Assembly: GCA_049512315.1 (NCBI GenBank)
Contig: JBEKXF010000033.1
Location: 1 to 36,546 of the forward strand
Source of the DNA: Candidatus Aminicenantales bacterium
GTDB taxonomy: Bacteria > Acidobacteriota > Aminicenantia > Aminicenantales > Saccharicenantaceae
Reading direction: 5' to 3'
Length of the DNA: 36,546 nucleotides
Shown: in pieces, positions 25,816 to 35,164 of the stretch
Layout of the letters: each line of letters starts with the position of its first letter
Numbering within the stretch: the first letter of the stretch is position 1
Notes under the pieces: generated by a model
What the model saw: only the letters and a program-made list of their open reading frames with translations
Told to the model about the DNA's origin: nothing
Databases searched by the model: none
Translations under genes and position numbers: made by a program

Positions 25816-26390
25816 TCTATATTTTTCCTGGTCTATTTCCACCACTCTCGGATTAAATGGCCGCCCTCGAAGGCCGGCTTGGGGCGCTCGCCGGGACTTC
25901 GCAAAGAGAAGACCACCAGGCGCCAGGCCGATGGATCGAAGCCGCGACAGCGGCGAGGGCACAGGCGTTCGCCGCGTCATCGTGAATTCCCGCCCTTGCC
26001 GGATGGTCAATTAGGTCCTTCCCCCGCCGCGCCCCGGCCGCCGCTCTAGCTGCCTGCGGCGGCCTGTTGCTTATGGTCGAGCAGTTTGACGCGGCCCTGC
26101 GTCACCCCAGCGGCAGGAATTCGGCGTAGATCTCGCTCTTGGTCCTGGACTTGCTCCCTGGTTTGGTCCATTTTTTAGAGAGGAGGTCCAAGCTACGGCA
26201 AAGACTTGGAAGAAATATAGAGAGATTCGACGAACCCCTGATGACCTAGACGCGGAGCGCCAACGGCTGTGAAAAATTAAGGCTAAACACGACAAGGACG
26301 AGCAGGCAAAAGCGGCTGCCGCAAACCAAAAGGAAAGCCCTTGACCTGGCCCGGAGAAGGACGGATGATGTCCTGCGGAAGGAGAAAGCG

Positions 26391-26714
26391 ATGATGCCCA
26401 AAAGGAAACCCCAATGGTTCCGGCATGATGAAGGGAATGCGAGGGAATTGGAATCGCAACTCGAGTGGAAGATATCCCTGATAGTGAGGCAAAGAGTCTC
26501 CGTCCTGGAGAGAAAAATCGCCGCCCTGGAGAAACGGCTGGATAACGTGGACCGAGGGTTGAAGACGGATACTGCGTTGCTGCCGATTCGCGTGAGAGGG
26601 ATTATCCTTGACGCAATGAAGCCTCTGCCCTCTCTGCCCCCTACGAAGACCCTCACGATTTACAGAGACAATATTAAAACGCGCCGCCCGAGGAAAAAGA
26701 AAGAGAAAAAGTGA
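26391..26714 (+). CDS. Hypothetical coiled-coil basic protein (mobile-element type)
   Basis: SD AAGGAG; heptad pattern VSVLERKIAALEKRLDNVD. Confidence 0.55.
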   Translation: MMPKRKPQWFRHDEGNARELESQLEWKISLIVRQRVSVLERKIAALEKRLDNVDRGLKTDTALLPIRVRGIILDAMKPLPSLPPTKTLTIYRDNIKTRRPRKKKEKK

Positions 26715-26715
26715 G

Positions 26716-26874
26716 ATGACTGAGGAAGAACGGATCAAGGCTTTGGAGGAAAAGCTGATGAAGGCAGTGAGAGCGCTGATAGCCTATACGGAGAGTGGTT
26801 TATTAACCCGACTCCGTATGGACTTTTATGCGACGGGCGTGATGCCCAACCTGGTCTCTCCGAGGAAAAAATAG
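26716..26874 (+). CDS. Small hypothetical protein (52 aa)
   Basis: Manual translation MTEEERIKALEEKLMKAVRALIAY...PRKK*; starts 1 nt after the previous stop. Confidence 0.5.
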   Translation: MTEEERIKALEEKLMKAVRALIAYTESGLLTRLRMDFYATGVMPNLVSPRKK

Positions 26875-26953
26875 CAATCGCCTTTGACCATCGGTTTTAA
26901 GTGAGAAGCGCCTCGTCATGGTCGGCGCGGCACCGTATCCGGCATGGCACCCC

Positions 26954-27127
26954 TTACCTCGGCTTCGTGGCTGACAGGGAGAGATACATCCTGATCGCTT
27001 GGATAACACAATCCTCCTGGCCGGCAGGTGAATCCTCTTTGAACCACCACTGGAGTTCCTCTCTGCTACAAGACACCTTTACAGCGATTCTCGACATCAA
27101 CGGGCATACCTTCTTGTCTGGAGCCAT
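26954..27127 (-). CDS. Small Cys-containing hypothetical protein (57 aa)
   Basis: Manual translation MAPDKKVCPLMSRIAVKVSCSREELQWWF...DCVIQAIR; SD AAGGGAG; TTGACA upstream at 27171-27176. Confidence 0.5.
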   Translation of the reverse strand: MAPDKKVCPLMSRIAVKVSCSREELQWWFKEDSPAGQEDCVIQAIRMYLSLSATKPR

Positions 27128-27751
27128 ATTGATCTCCCTTCCACCCCGGTCTAGGAGGGGTGCGGGGGCCTGTCAACCCGGTTTTCTAGTCCTGTTTAGT
27201 TAATTCACCATCTAGCACCCCGTGCCCACTCCCCTAAATCGATCCGGCCATAATGGAAAAAAGCTTATCAGGAACTGCACCAAGGACACGGGAGGATTCA
27301 GGGAGGCCGATGATGCCACATACCGGCCGCAGAAGGCTTATTCTTGCCGCTCATGACGCTCTGGAGGGGCTTCCAGCGCAGGATAGGAGTGGGGGGGGAG
27401 CCCGGTTGGGGCAGGGAAAGGAAGATGTTTTATGGGCAAGCGGCATTGGGCGAGTTCTGGTAGGAAGGGGTCCTTTAGTGAAAATTATGATGAATATTTT
27501 CAGGCATCACGATCGACCTGTACGCGCACGATTGGGGCGTTGGTCCCATACCCCCTCGGTCCCCGACACAGGAGTCGCGCTAGGCCCACGTCATACCAGA
27601 TCGGTCTGACCACCTTTCGTGTAGGCTTTCGTGTTAGGGGCTGAAAAACGCCTTTTTTGGCGTATTTTGGCTCCATTGACGAGGCCCAGGGTGGGTAGAA
27701 CAGGCCACGCCAAGATGGCCTATAAGTTGCTGAATTATAAAGAGATTAAAC

Positions 27752-27807
27752 AGTGCCGGTAGAGGGAATCGAACCCACATCCGAGTTGCCCCGGACGGAA
27801 TTTTGAG
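27752..27807 (-). mobile_element. 3' half of tRNA-Leu(CAA): att-site duplication, not an intact tRNA
   Basis: Minus strand CTCAAAA (anticodon loop), TTCCG, TCCGGG-GCAA-CTCGGA (long variable arm), GTGGGTTCGATTCCCTC (T arm), TACCGGCA. No D arm or 5' acceptor strand upstream. Confidence 0.85.
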
Positions 27808-28207
27808 GCCTCATGGGGATTTTTATAATTGATTGATTCCGAAGCGGTTGGAGCCTCTTCGGCGTCCGCCTCGTGAACTCTTCGGCGACTTCCGGCCATG
27901 AGATCGGGAAGAGGGAGTATCAGATATTCTGTCTAAACCCCTTCTTCGCATTTAAGCACGTTCACACATACGGTCGCCAAAATAGATCATCAGCCTGGAG
28001 TCTAATCTAGCTGGGTCCGTGTGGTGGAAGGTCCACTTCTCCGACGGTCCAGGGGCCAGGTCTGAACCCTCTGAAGGCCTCTGGGCCAAAAATAACCGTA
28101 GACGATGCCTGTGTCCCCGCCAAGCACCCCGTGACCCTTGATCGCCGCTTCATCCACCCGCGGGCGGAATAGAAAGAGGACCAGCCCGGCCGGTCCCGTC
28201 GGATGCC

Positions 28208-28238
28208 AAGCCCCGCCTCGTCAGCGGGGCTTTTTTCT
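28208..28238 (+). terminator. Intrinsic terminator
   Basis: AAGCCCCGC-ctcgtca-GCGGGGCTT followed by a T-tract. Confidence 0.75.
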
Positions 28239-28405
28239 CATTAGTTTTGAAACCCGAGCCACGTCTCCGTGAGGATGTGAAAGGGCAAAGCTAAATCAAT
28301 TGGTTGTTTCTAATCTTTCTTATATATAATATAAAGAAAATTTGTATCTTGGTTACGAGCTAAATAATTAGAAAAACGTTGAAATTTCGGAACTGGAGGC
28401 TTGTG

Positions 28406-29242
28406 ATGAGGTCTTTGAGATGTCTTGGGTTACTTACAGTGCTTTTTCTAACTGTTTTTGTCATGTCTGTTGGAGCCTCATCCCCTGGAACTACGATTAA
28501 CTTTTCTTCACTCGATAAGAATCACCCCCATAAACTGTCAGGGACACTTTACTTGCCGGAAAACAATTCAAGTCCATGCCCGGCAATTGTCGTCGTTCAC
28601 GGGACCATGGGAATCGACTCACGCGGTGCGTTTTATCGGGAATTGATCTTAAAGGCGGGGATTGCGTTTTTCGAGGTAGATTTTAAGACCGGGATTTATA
28701 AGGGTCCATTAACTCGACCCTCGCCCGAGGCCATGGTGCCAATGGGTTTTGCGGCGTTAAAGGAATTACGTAAATTGCGTACCATTGATCCCGACCGAAT
28801 CGGAATCATGGGGTTCTCAATGGGGGGGCACCTGACCGTGACTACGGCTTTTGAAACAAACCGCAAATTGTGGATGGGCGATGAGAAGGGATTCGCAGCC
28901 CATGCGGCATTTTATCCGGTGTGCAGACCCTTTTTAAAGAGAGACGATTGCACGATGACCGGAGCTCCGATGATTATTTTTTACGGGACTGAAGACGCCT
29001 ACGGCGATGGCAAGAACGTTCCGGAGTTTAAACGCTTACTTTTGGAAAAATACAGCTTTGAGGTGACTACGGTCGAATATGTTGGTGCCTATCATGGGTT
29101 TAATAGAAATGAGCCTGCGATAAGCTACCATGACCCCTCTGCCAAAGGTTGGAAAGGCTATGAGGCTTGGGACGCGAAGGCGGCAAATGACACACTAATC
29201 CGAGTCGTGGACTTTCTGCGCAAAACCCTGGCTGCTAAGTAA
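28406..29242 (+). CDS. Exported dienelactone-hydrolase-family alpha/beta hydrolase
   Basis: Signal peptide; VVHGTMG, GFSMGG nucleophile elbow, YGTED, GAYHGF; SD GGAGG. Confidence 0.88.
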   Translation: MRSLRCLGLLTVLFLTVFVMSVGASSPGTTINFSSLDKNHPHKLSGTLYLPENNSSPCPAIVVVHGTMGIDSRGAFYRELILKAGIAFFEVDFKTGIYKGPLTRPSPEAMVPMGFAALKELRKLRTIDPDRIGIMGFSMGGHLTVTTAFETNRKLWMGDEKGFAAHAAFYPVCRPFLKRDDCTMTGAPMIIFYGTEDAYGDGKNVPEFKRLLLEKYSFEVTTVEYVGAYHGFNRNEPAISYHDPSAKGWKGYEAWDAKAANDTLIRVVDFLRKTLAAK

Positions 29243-29759
29243 TTGATGTGTTATTGTGCCCAACAGGAGTTAATTGGCTACTCAGGCAAGATGGGATTGT
29301 TCGTGAACATAGATAAGTCAATAAATAGAATTATCCACGTTGGAAGTCAAGTCAGTATCGCCTAATAAACGGTGTCCCGCACGACCTTGGGAGAGCCGGA
29401 GAAATATGCAACATTGAATGGAGCCGCTGAAGTCGGCAAAATCCGGCACGAAGAGACGAACAACGATGACTCGCAAAATATTTTTTTTATATAAAGAATG
29501 GACCTAATCAGGGGGCAGGTTCACATCTTCAAAGAAACTCACATTATGGGTGGGCCATTTTCCAGGGATGAGGTCCCGTATATTGGCGGGCAAGTCATAG
29601 GGGCGTAAATTGCGCGAGTCCATACCCTTAATCTGGGGGTATAAAAGGTTTGATGAAAAACTATTATCTTATTACGGCCATGAGTAAGCTCGTTTCCAAT
29701 TTTCTATTGACTTCTTCCCCGTTGCGTAGTAAAAAGATCGTTTTAATAGGAGGTTTAAA

Positions 29760-30275
29760 ATGACCACAAAGAAAATGCAGTGCCTGGTTCTTTTCCTCGC
29801 GTTTCTTGCTCCATTGGCCTTTTCGACTGAGCCGCCCGACGCTCAGAAAGAACCATCCGCTGTCGCGTTCAACGTAGGCGATTTTTTTCTCTGTCCCGAA
29901 GTGATCGGTGTTACCGCAGGTAGCAATGGAAAAATCGCGCTGGGTGCGAATGCCGAATACTTCTTATCGAAGGCAATCGCGGTCGGGGGGGACGTTTCTT
30001 TCTATCTTAAATCCCCCGGCGGCTTGTCCTTGTTCCCCGATATTGAATATCACTTCAATGTCAACGTCCGGGGCCTCGATGTTTATGCCGGAGCAGGCCC
30101 GTCCCTTTTCTTCGGATTCGGCACGGATGGAAGAACCTTATTCGGCGGTAAGGCCTTCGGCGCCGCGCGCTACTTTTTCAACCCCAGCACCGGAGTCTTT
30201 CTAAAACTCGGATTCGCCTCTAACCGCGATGGCACAGCTGGCTTCTGGGCCATTGGTGTTTCCTTCAAACTATAG
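29760..30275 (+). CDS. Small outer-membrane beta-barrel protein
   Basis: Signal peptide, alternating beta-strand pattern, YAGAG, C-terminal IGVSFKL; SD AGGAGGT. Confidence 0.75.
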   Translation: MTTKKMQCLVLFLAFLAPLAFSTEPPDAQKEPSAVAFNVGDFFLCPEVIGVTAGSNGKIALGANAEYFLSKAIAVGGDVSFYLKSPGGLSLFPDIEYHFNVNVRGLDVYAGAGPSLFFGFGTDGRTLFGGKAFGAARYFFNPSTGVFLKLGFASNRDGTAGFWAIGVSFKL

Positions 30276-30396
30276 TCCATCGTTCTGAAGAACGGCATGG
30301 AGGGCGTGACCGGCCCCGCGGTGTGGTTCATTTTCAGGGGATGAAGTTCCCAGCGCTCATAACTGGGTCGGCACACCGCAGGACTTTTTAACTGCG

Positions 30397-33300
30397 CTAT
30401 TTATAATTTCCGATCAGAACGAACGGCGCCCAGTAATACGGATGAGAATAGCCGGCGTCATGTGGCGCAGGTGTTGAGCCCTCCGCGATCTTAACACCGC
30501 GATCATTTCCCGCATGCGAGGACACAACGGGCCCTCGCAGGAAGGCCAGCTGTGCCTGGCGCAAGGCCTCCGCTTTTCCATCAGCGGGGGCCTTGACCCA
30601 TCTGGCATAGAAGTCGCTCATCAGCGTAGCCAGCACAGCTTGTGCATCCTTTTGCTGGGCGATCATCCCCAGACTATCCACCTCCAGTCCGTCCTTTGCC
30701 ACGTCGCCTTTCGCCGTGCTGCAGGCCGAAAGGGTCAACAGCCGTGTTCCGTGAAAACTGATGGCAGAGTCCTCGAGTCTTGAGAGGGTCAGCGGATATC
30801 CATCCGGCTGGCCGGCGTTTTCTCCGCCCAACATCAAGTAGGGCTCAGTTCCGCCGCCCGTTTCCAGGACAAAGTGACTGGCGATGTGGACCACGGGAAA
30901 GGTCGATCCGGCGCTGAGCTCCGTTTTCAATGCGTCGTAAGTGAACCGCTCGTTTGACAGAAGGACTCCATCCATCGGACCATGGGACTCAGGCACGGCA
31001 GGGTCGCGCGCCACGGCATCCAGCTCCGGCATCACACCGGGCAATGCCGGAAGGCCTCCATAGCTTTTCGACAATCCCATCGCCAGCACGCGGAGCGCAG
31101 CCTTGTTTTCGTCGGAGGAGGTTGTCATGTGCCCGTAGCTCTCGGGAGTAAAGAGGATATTGGTAAACCGCTCGGCCAGGTAGTGGCTGCCGTCATACAT
31201 CGCGGCCATCGGCAGATAGCGCATGGCGCCGTCCAGCGACCAGAGGAGTGTCGGAACACCGCCTTTTTCTTGATAGCTCTTTTCCAGAGCGTTCAACTCG
31301 TCTCCGAATGGAGCCACGGCCATCGCGTAGAGCTCCGCCAGATGCGGCTTGGGATCGGACGCAGGAGTGCGCAGATCGTCCCGCACCTGCAGCACCTTGC
31401 TGCGCAACTCTGCCGGAGTCGCCTTGAGCTCGAATTTCTTGCGTCCTTGTGCCGTGACAACGATCGCGAACGCACGCTCATCGCCCAGCAGCAGCCTTAT
31501 GCCCATCACGTGCGGCCCCAGTTCCGCCAGCGTATTCTGCAAGCGGCTGACCTCCGACTTCTCTTTGCTCAATAGGGCGTTCGCATCCTGCGTTCCGGCT
31601 TTCTGCGCCAGTTCCGGATAAAGCGTCTTCCTGAAAAAGTCCGAAACCTCCGCATTTCCCGCTTCGATCTTCGCTTCCAGCGCCTTTAGCCGAGCGGCTT
31701 CTTCGGGAGTCCGTGCCGCCTTGGCCCGCAATTCGGCATATTCCGCGCTCGCTTCCATCAGCGCCACCGCCGATTTCTCCGGGCCCTCAAGTTCGTTCTG
31801 CGCCGTTTGCTGTGCGGAGCTCAGCTTCAACGGCTCCACCCGCGCTTCCGGATGATCCGCCGCTCCCCGAACAACCTCTTTCAGCTCCTGCTCCTTCAGC
31901 AGATCCAGAACCTGTTCGGCTTCGCCGAGCCGGTCGGCCTGAACCAGCAGCTCCGTCAGTGTCCGGTAGGTCGCCGACTTCGACTGCGCAAACCCCGTCT
32001 GCAGCTCCTTGCCCAGCCCGGAGATGTTCTTCCGTATCTGCTGGTAGCTGTTCACCGCCGCCATCCCGAACAGGATCGCTTCTTCCCGGCGATTCTCGCT
32101 GCGGAAGCCGATCATCAAAGAAGTTTCAATCCCGCCCTCGATGTCCGGGTCGCCCGCAGCCTTCGCCAAAGCCAACGCCGCCAGCTTGCTCGCCAACGCC
32201 TTGTCCATATCCTTCTGCACGTAGTACGCCGAGCCGATGGTGCTCAACGCCAGCGCTTCGCCCCGGCGGTCCTTCACCTCGCGCCAGATGGCCAGCGCCC
32301 GGTAATCCAAGTCGAGCGCCTTGCACGCCTCTCCCAGGTCGGACCAGACTTTGCCGGCATTGTTCATCGCCGCCGCCTCGCCGCGACGGGCCCCGGTCTC
32401 GCGCCAGATAAGCAACGCCTGGTCGAAGTACTCGAGCGCCTTTCGGCCTTGGCCCAGGTCGGCATAGGCCCGGCCGATATCGTTCAGCGCCAGCCCCTCC
32501 CCGTTGCGGTTTCCCACTTCGCGCCAGACGGGCAGCGCCTGGTTGTAGTAGTCCAGCGCCGTCTGCTGTTGCCCCAGGTCGCGATACAGCCGGCCCATGT
32601 TGTTCAGGGTGATTGCCTCGCCCTGCCGGTTGCCGATCGTGCGCCAGATCGACAGCGCCCGGTTGTAGACGTCCAGCGAGTTCTGCTTCTGTCCCAGGTC
32701 GGCATACGCCCGGCCCATATTGTTCAGCGTCAGGGCCTCGCCGCCTTGCTCTTCCTCTTTGCGCCAGATCGGCAGCGCCTGGTTGAAATAATCCAGCGCT
32801 TCCTTTCCCTGGCCCATGTCGGAATACGTCTTGCCGAGATTGTCCAGCGTGCTCGCCTCGCCGGCGCGGCCGCTCGCATCCCGCAATTTCGGCATCGCAT
32901 CGCTCATGCGCTTGAGAGCCATCATCTGCCCCAGGCTGCGACGCGGCTGGCCCTGCCCGCTGCCGATGGCGCGCCAGATGGACAACGCCTCGTTCAGGTG
33001 CTTCAACGCCTCCTGCCTCTGTCCCAGGTTGTCATAGGCTCTGCCCATATTGTTCAGCGTGTTCGCTTCGCCCTGGGGAACCCCCAGCGCGCGCCACATC
33101 GGCAGCGCTTGGTCGAACAGCGCCATTGCCTTGTCCTCCTGCCCCAAGTCCGTGTACACCCTGCCCATGGTGTTCAGCGTCAGGGCCTGGGCGAGTTCGT
33201 TGCCCGCATTCTTTTCAATGGGCAAGGCCTCGTTCAGGCACTCCAGCGCCTTTTGCATCTTCCCCGCTTGCCGGTACAGATAGCCAAGGGTAATCAGCTC

Positions 33301-33468
33301 GATCCCTTCATCTTTCGTGAGTTGTGCCGCACGCGCCTCCGCGAGCTTTTTCTCGTGCTGGTCGATCTGATCAGGCAACGGCGAACTCTGCGCGCGGACC
33401 GCTGTCGTCCCCGCCAGCAGCCCGATCACCAGACAGGTCACAATTAGTATCTTCTCGGTTTGGTCCAT
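30397..33468 (-). CDS. Exported TPR-repeat CHAT-domain (caspase-HetF) protease
   Basis: Start at MDQTEKILIVTCLVIGLLAGTTAVRA (SD AAAGGGAG; track start 33561). 40-aa TPRs; CHAT motifs SLDGAMRYLP, VVHIASHF, LSACST, HPYYWAPFVLIGN. Confidence 0.92.
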   Translation of the reverse strand: MDQTEKILIVTCLVIGLLAGTTAVRAQSSPLPDQIDQHEKKLAEARAAQLTKDEGIELITLGYLYRQAGKMQKALECLNEALPIEKNAGNELAQALTLNTMGRVYTDLGQEDKAMALFDQALPMWRALGVPQGEANTLNNMGRAYDNLGQRQEALKHLNEALSIWRAIGSGQGQPRRSLGQMMALKRMSDAMPKLRDASGRAGEASTLDNLGKTYSDMGQGKEALDYFNQALPIWRKEEEQGGEALTLNNMGRAYADLGQKQNSLDVYNRALSIWRTIGNRQGEAITLNNMGRLYRDLGQQQTALDYYNQALPVWREVGNRNGEGLALNDIGRAYADLGQGRKALEYFDQALLIWRETGARRGEAAAMNNAGKVWSDLGEACKALDLDYRALAIWREVKDRRGEALALSTIGSAYYVQKDMDKALASKLAALALAKAAGDPDIEGGIETSLMIGFRSENRREEAILFGMAAVNSYQQIRKNISGLGKELQTGFAQSKSATYRTLTELLVQADRLGEAEQVLDLLKEQELKEVVRGAADHPEARVEPLKLSSAQQTAQNELEGPEKSAVALMEASAEYAELRAKAARTPEEAARLKALEAKIEAGNAEVSDFFRKTLYPELAQKAGTQDANALLSKEKSEVSRLQNTLAELGPHVMGIRLLLGDERAFAIVVTAQGRKKFELKATPAELRSKVLQVRDDLRTPASDPKPHLAELYAMAVAPFGDELNALEKSYQEKGGVPTLLWSLDGAMRYLPMAAMYDGSHYLAERFTNILFTPESYGHMTTSSDENKAALRVLAMGLSKSYGGLPALPGVMPELDAVARDPAVPESHGPMDGVLLSNERFTYDALKTELSAGSTFPVVHIASHFVLETGGGTEPYLMLGGENAGQPDGYPLTLSRLEDSAISFHGTRLLTLSACSTAKGDVAKDGLEVDSLGMIAQQKDAQAVLATLMSDFYARWVKAPADGKAEALRQAQLAFLRGPVVSSHAGNDRGVKIAEGSTPAPHDAGYSHPYYWAPFVLIGNYK
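32190..33330 (-). repeat. Array of ~120-bp (40-aa) TPR-coding repeats
   Basis: Recurrent GEAxTLNNMGRAYxDLGQxQxALDYxNQALPIWR; boundaries approximate. Confidence 0.85.
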
Positions 33469-33683
33469 CTTGCTCCCTTTGTCTGATCCGGTCATCCACG
33501 ACTTCATCTTCCCGTGGTTCATGTCATTCAGGCGACGGCCGCCGGCAAAACAGCTGGTCAAGGACAGGGAATTCCTTTTTCCGGGTGGCCGCCAGGCCCG
33601 CCACCGCTAAACAGATGATCCACCGCACAAGACGTACACGCGTTGTGGACGCGTTGAAGCTGAAGCGCGTTTGATCATCGTGC

Positions 33684-34835
33684 TTATCTTCCCGAGGAAA
33701 TGATCGAGGTGGGCTGAACTTCAACCTCGAAGCTGACGTAGGTTACGCCTGGAAGCGTATCGGCAGCGGCGGCATCGACGTCCGGCTGCTGGGTTTCTCT
33801 CTTCACTTCTTGGGGAACGACACGGCCCTGGATGACGTGGAGATTTTTCAACTGTTCCGCGGCGGGCGCTCGATTGGCAGGGATCAGAACATAGGTCCCA
33901 CTTTTCAACATGAGGCCGCTGACGGATCCTGGCGAGCCGGTCTTCTGAATCGCGTCCTGTGTGGCGAAGACGCGCTGAGGGTTGGATTTGATGACTTGGA
34001 CGGGGCTGGCATGAATGGCGCCGTAGAGAGCGTTAAAGGATTGGAGCGCGGACATGGCGATGCCCGGCAGTCCGATCATGGGCGCGAATTGGCCCAATCC
34101 TCCGATGATCGTTTGAAGTATTTTGTGGAATAAAGAATCCTTTTTTTGGGCTTCGACGTTCAACGCCCAGCGGCCCTGGCCGCCGGGCAGGACGATATTC
34201 TGCATTTTTTGCCATGTTGGGTCATCCGAGACGCTGACGCTCTGAACGGAATTAGATTTCCCAGTCGAGCCGGATTTCCCAGTCGAGCCGGATTTCGCAG
34301 CCTTCCCACCGGTTGAACTTTTCGACTTCGGTGGTGTCTTCGAGGACAGCATTCCCGAAACGAACGTGTAAGCCAGCGGTTCAATCACCGACGGCAGGAT
34401 CGCACTCTTCTGGGCGACGTCCACTCGGATTTGAGCATTTTGAAGACGATCGAACGTGCTCTGGTCTTGGGGGGCGATCTTGATCGCCGAGGTGTTCACG
34501 CTGACGACGACATCACCTTGCGAGATGAGCTTGCTTGTGTCCAATGCGGCGGCGTTCTTGAAACCGTCCTTGTCGTTGAAGTGCCAGAAAACAGGCTGAA
34601 CATTGCTTTCCCCGCCTCGCCCGCGCGTCGGGCGGACGATAGGTTCAGCATCGGAAGAGAGAAAGCCGGACCAGAAGTCGTACGCCTTCGAGTCAAAATC
34701 GGGATTGACCTCTTGCGCGCTGGACGGGTCGGCCAACACGGTCAAGACCCGCGCCGCAGCGGGAGAAGCGACAAAGCCCTGGACCGCGCCGATGGCCAGC
34801 AAATCCTTAAAAAAATCTCTGCGAGTCTTAGACAT
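33684..34835 (-). CDS. Tat-exported hypothetical protein upstream of the CHAT gene
   Basis: MSKTRRDFFK twin-arginine signal, hydrophobic core, PAAA cleavage-like site; SD GGAGG. Confidence 0.8.
   Translation of the reverse strand: MSKTRRDFFKDLLAIGAVQGFVASPAAARVLTVLADPSSAQEVNPDFDSKAYDFWSGFLSSDAEPIVRPTRGRGGESNVQPVFWHFNDKDGFKNAAALDTSKLISQGDVVVSVNTSAIKIAPQDQSTFDRLQNAQIRVDVAQKSAILPSVIEPLAYTFVSGMLSSKTPPKSKSSTGGKAAKSGSTGKSGSTGKSNSVQSVSVSDDPTWQKMQNIVLPGGQGRWALNVEAQKKDSLFHKILQTIIGGLGQFAPMIGLPGIAMSALQSFNALYGAIHASPVQVIKSNPQRVFATQDAIQKTGSPGSVSGLMLKSGTYVLIPANRAPAAEQLKNLHVIQGRVVPQEVKRETQQPDVDAAAADTLPGVTYVSFEVEVQPTSIISSGR
34255..34296. repeat. 18-bp tandem repeat (2.3 copies) encoding a GKSGST linker
   Basis: GATTTCCCAGTCGAGCCG x2 + GATTTC. 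Confidence 0.9.
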
Positions 34836-34935
34836 GGGAAAGCCTCCAGTTGAGCTTGGGAATAGGGAAAGGAATCCCGTTTTTCCGCCGAGTGATGAAT
34901 GGCCGCGCCGGGTATCGCATCGCGCCTACTATCAA

Positions 34936-34972
34936 AGATAATATTATCTGCCTTGCCGTGCGGCAGTGTCAA
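34936..34972 (-). promoter_or_regulatory. Promoter with an overlapping perfect palindrome
   Basis: Minus strand TTGACA-18 bp-GATAAT; AGATAATATTATCT palindrome at 34936-34949. Confidence 0.5.
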
Positions 34973-35164
34973 TAGTTGCGCCCGGAGATCAACTCCGGAC
35001 GAACGACTCCCTTTATCGCCAGAAGAGTCCCATTGCGTCTGGACGGTTTTTCGGGACTGAGGTGCGACCCCATAGCTCTCGGGGCCATAAGCCTCCGGCG
35101 CCGGAGACTCCAAAACTTGAATATCTCACGCCAGAGGGGGTATATTTGGAAAAAGAGCAGGTGA

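Noticed and set aside
27253..27609. 118-aa ORF / G-rich tract as a gene or phage packaging site
   Set aside because: No recognisable motifs, and no terminase or structural genes in the window.
27752..27807. Functional tRNA-Leu gene
   Set aside because: 5' acceptor strand and D arm absent, T-stem mismatch, no CCA; called an att fragment instead.
28080..28238. Hairpins before the strong terminator as a possible riboswitch
   Set aside because: No match to SAM, c-di-GMP or other aptamer cores I can recognise; could be the 3' end of a lost gene (..KHPVTLDRRFIHPRAE*).
29243..29380. GCCCAAC after the hydrolase stop as a possible integron attC
   Set aside because: No matching GTTRRRY with a complementary stem found; no integron integrase in the window.
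32190..33330. Regularly spaced DNA repeats as a possible CRISPR array
   Set aside because: 120-bp in-frame degenerate repeats encoding TPRs; no unique spacers and no cas genes.
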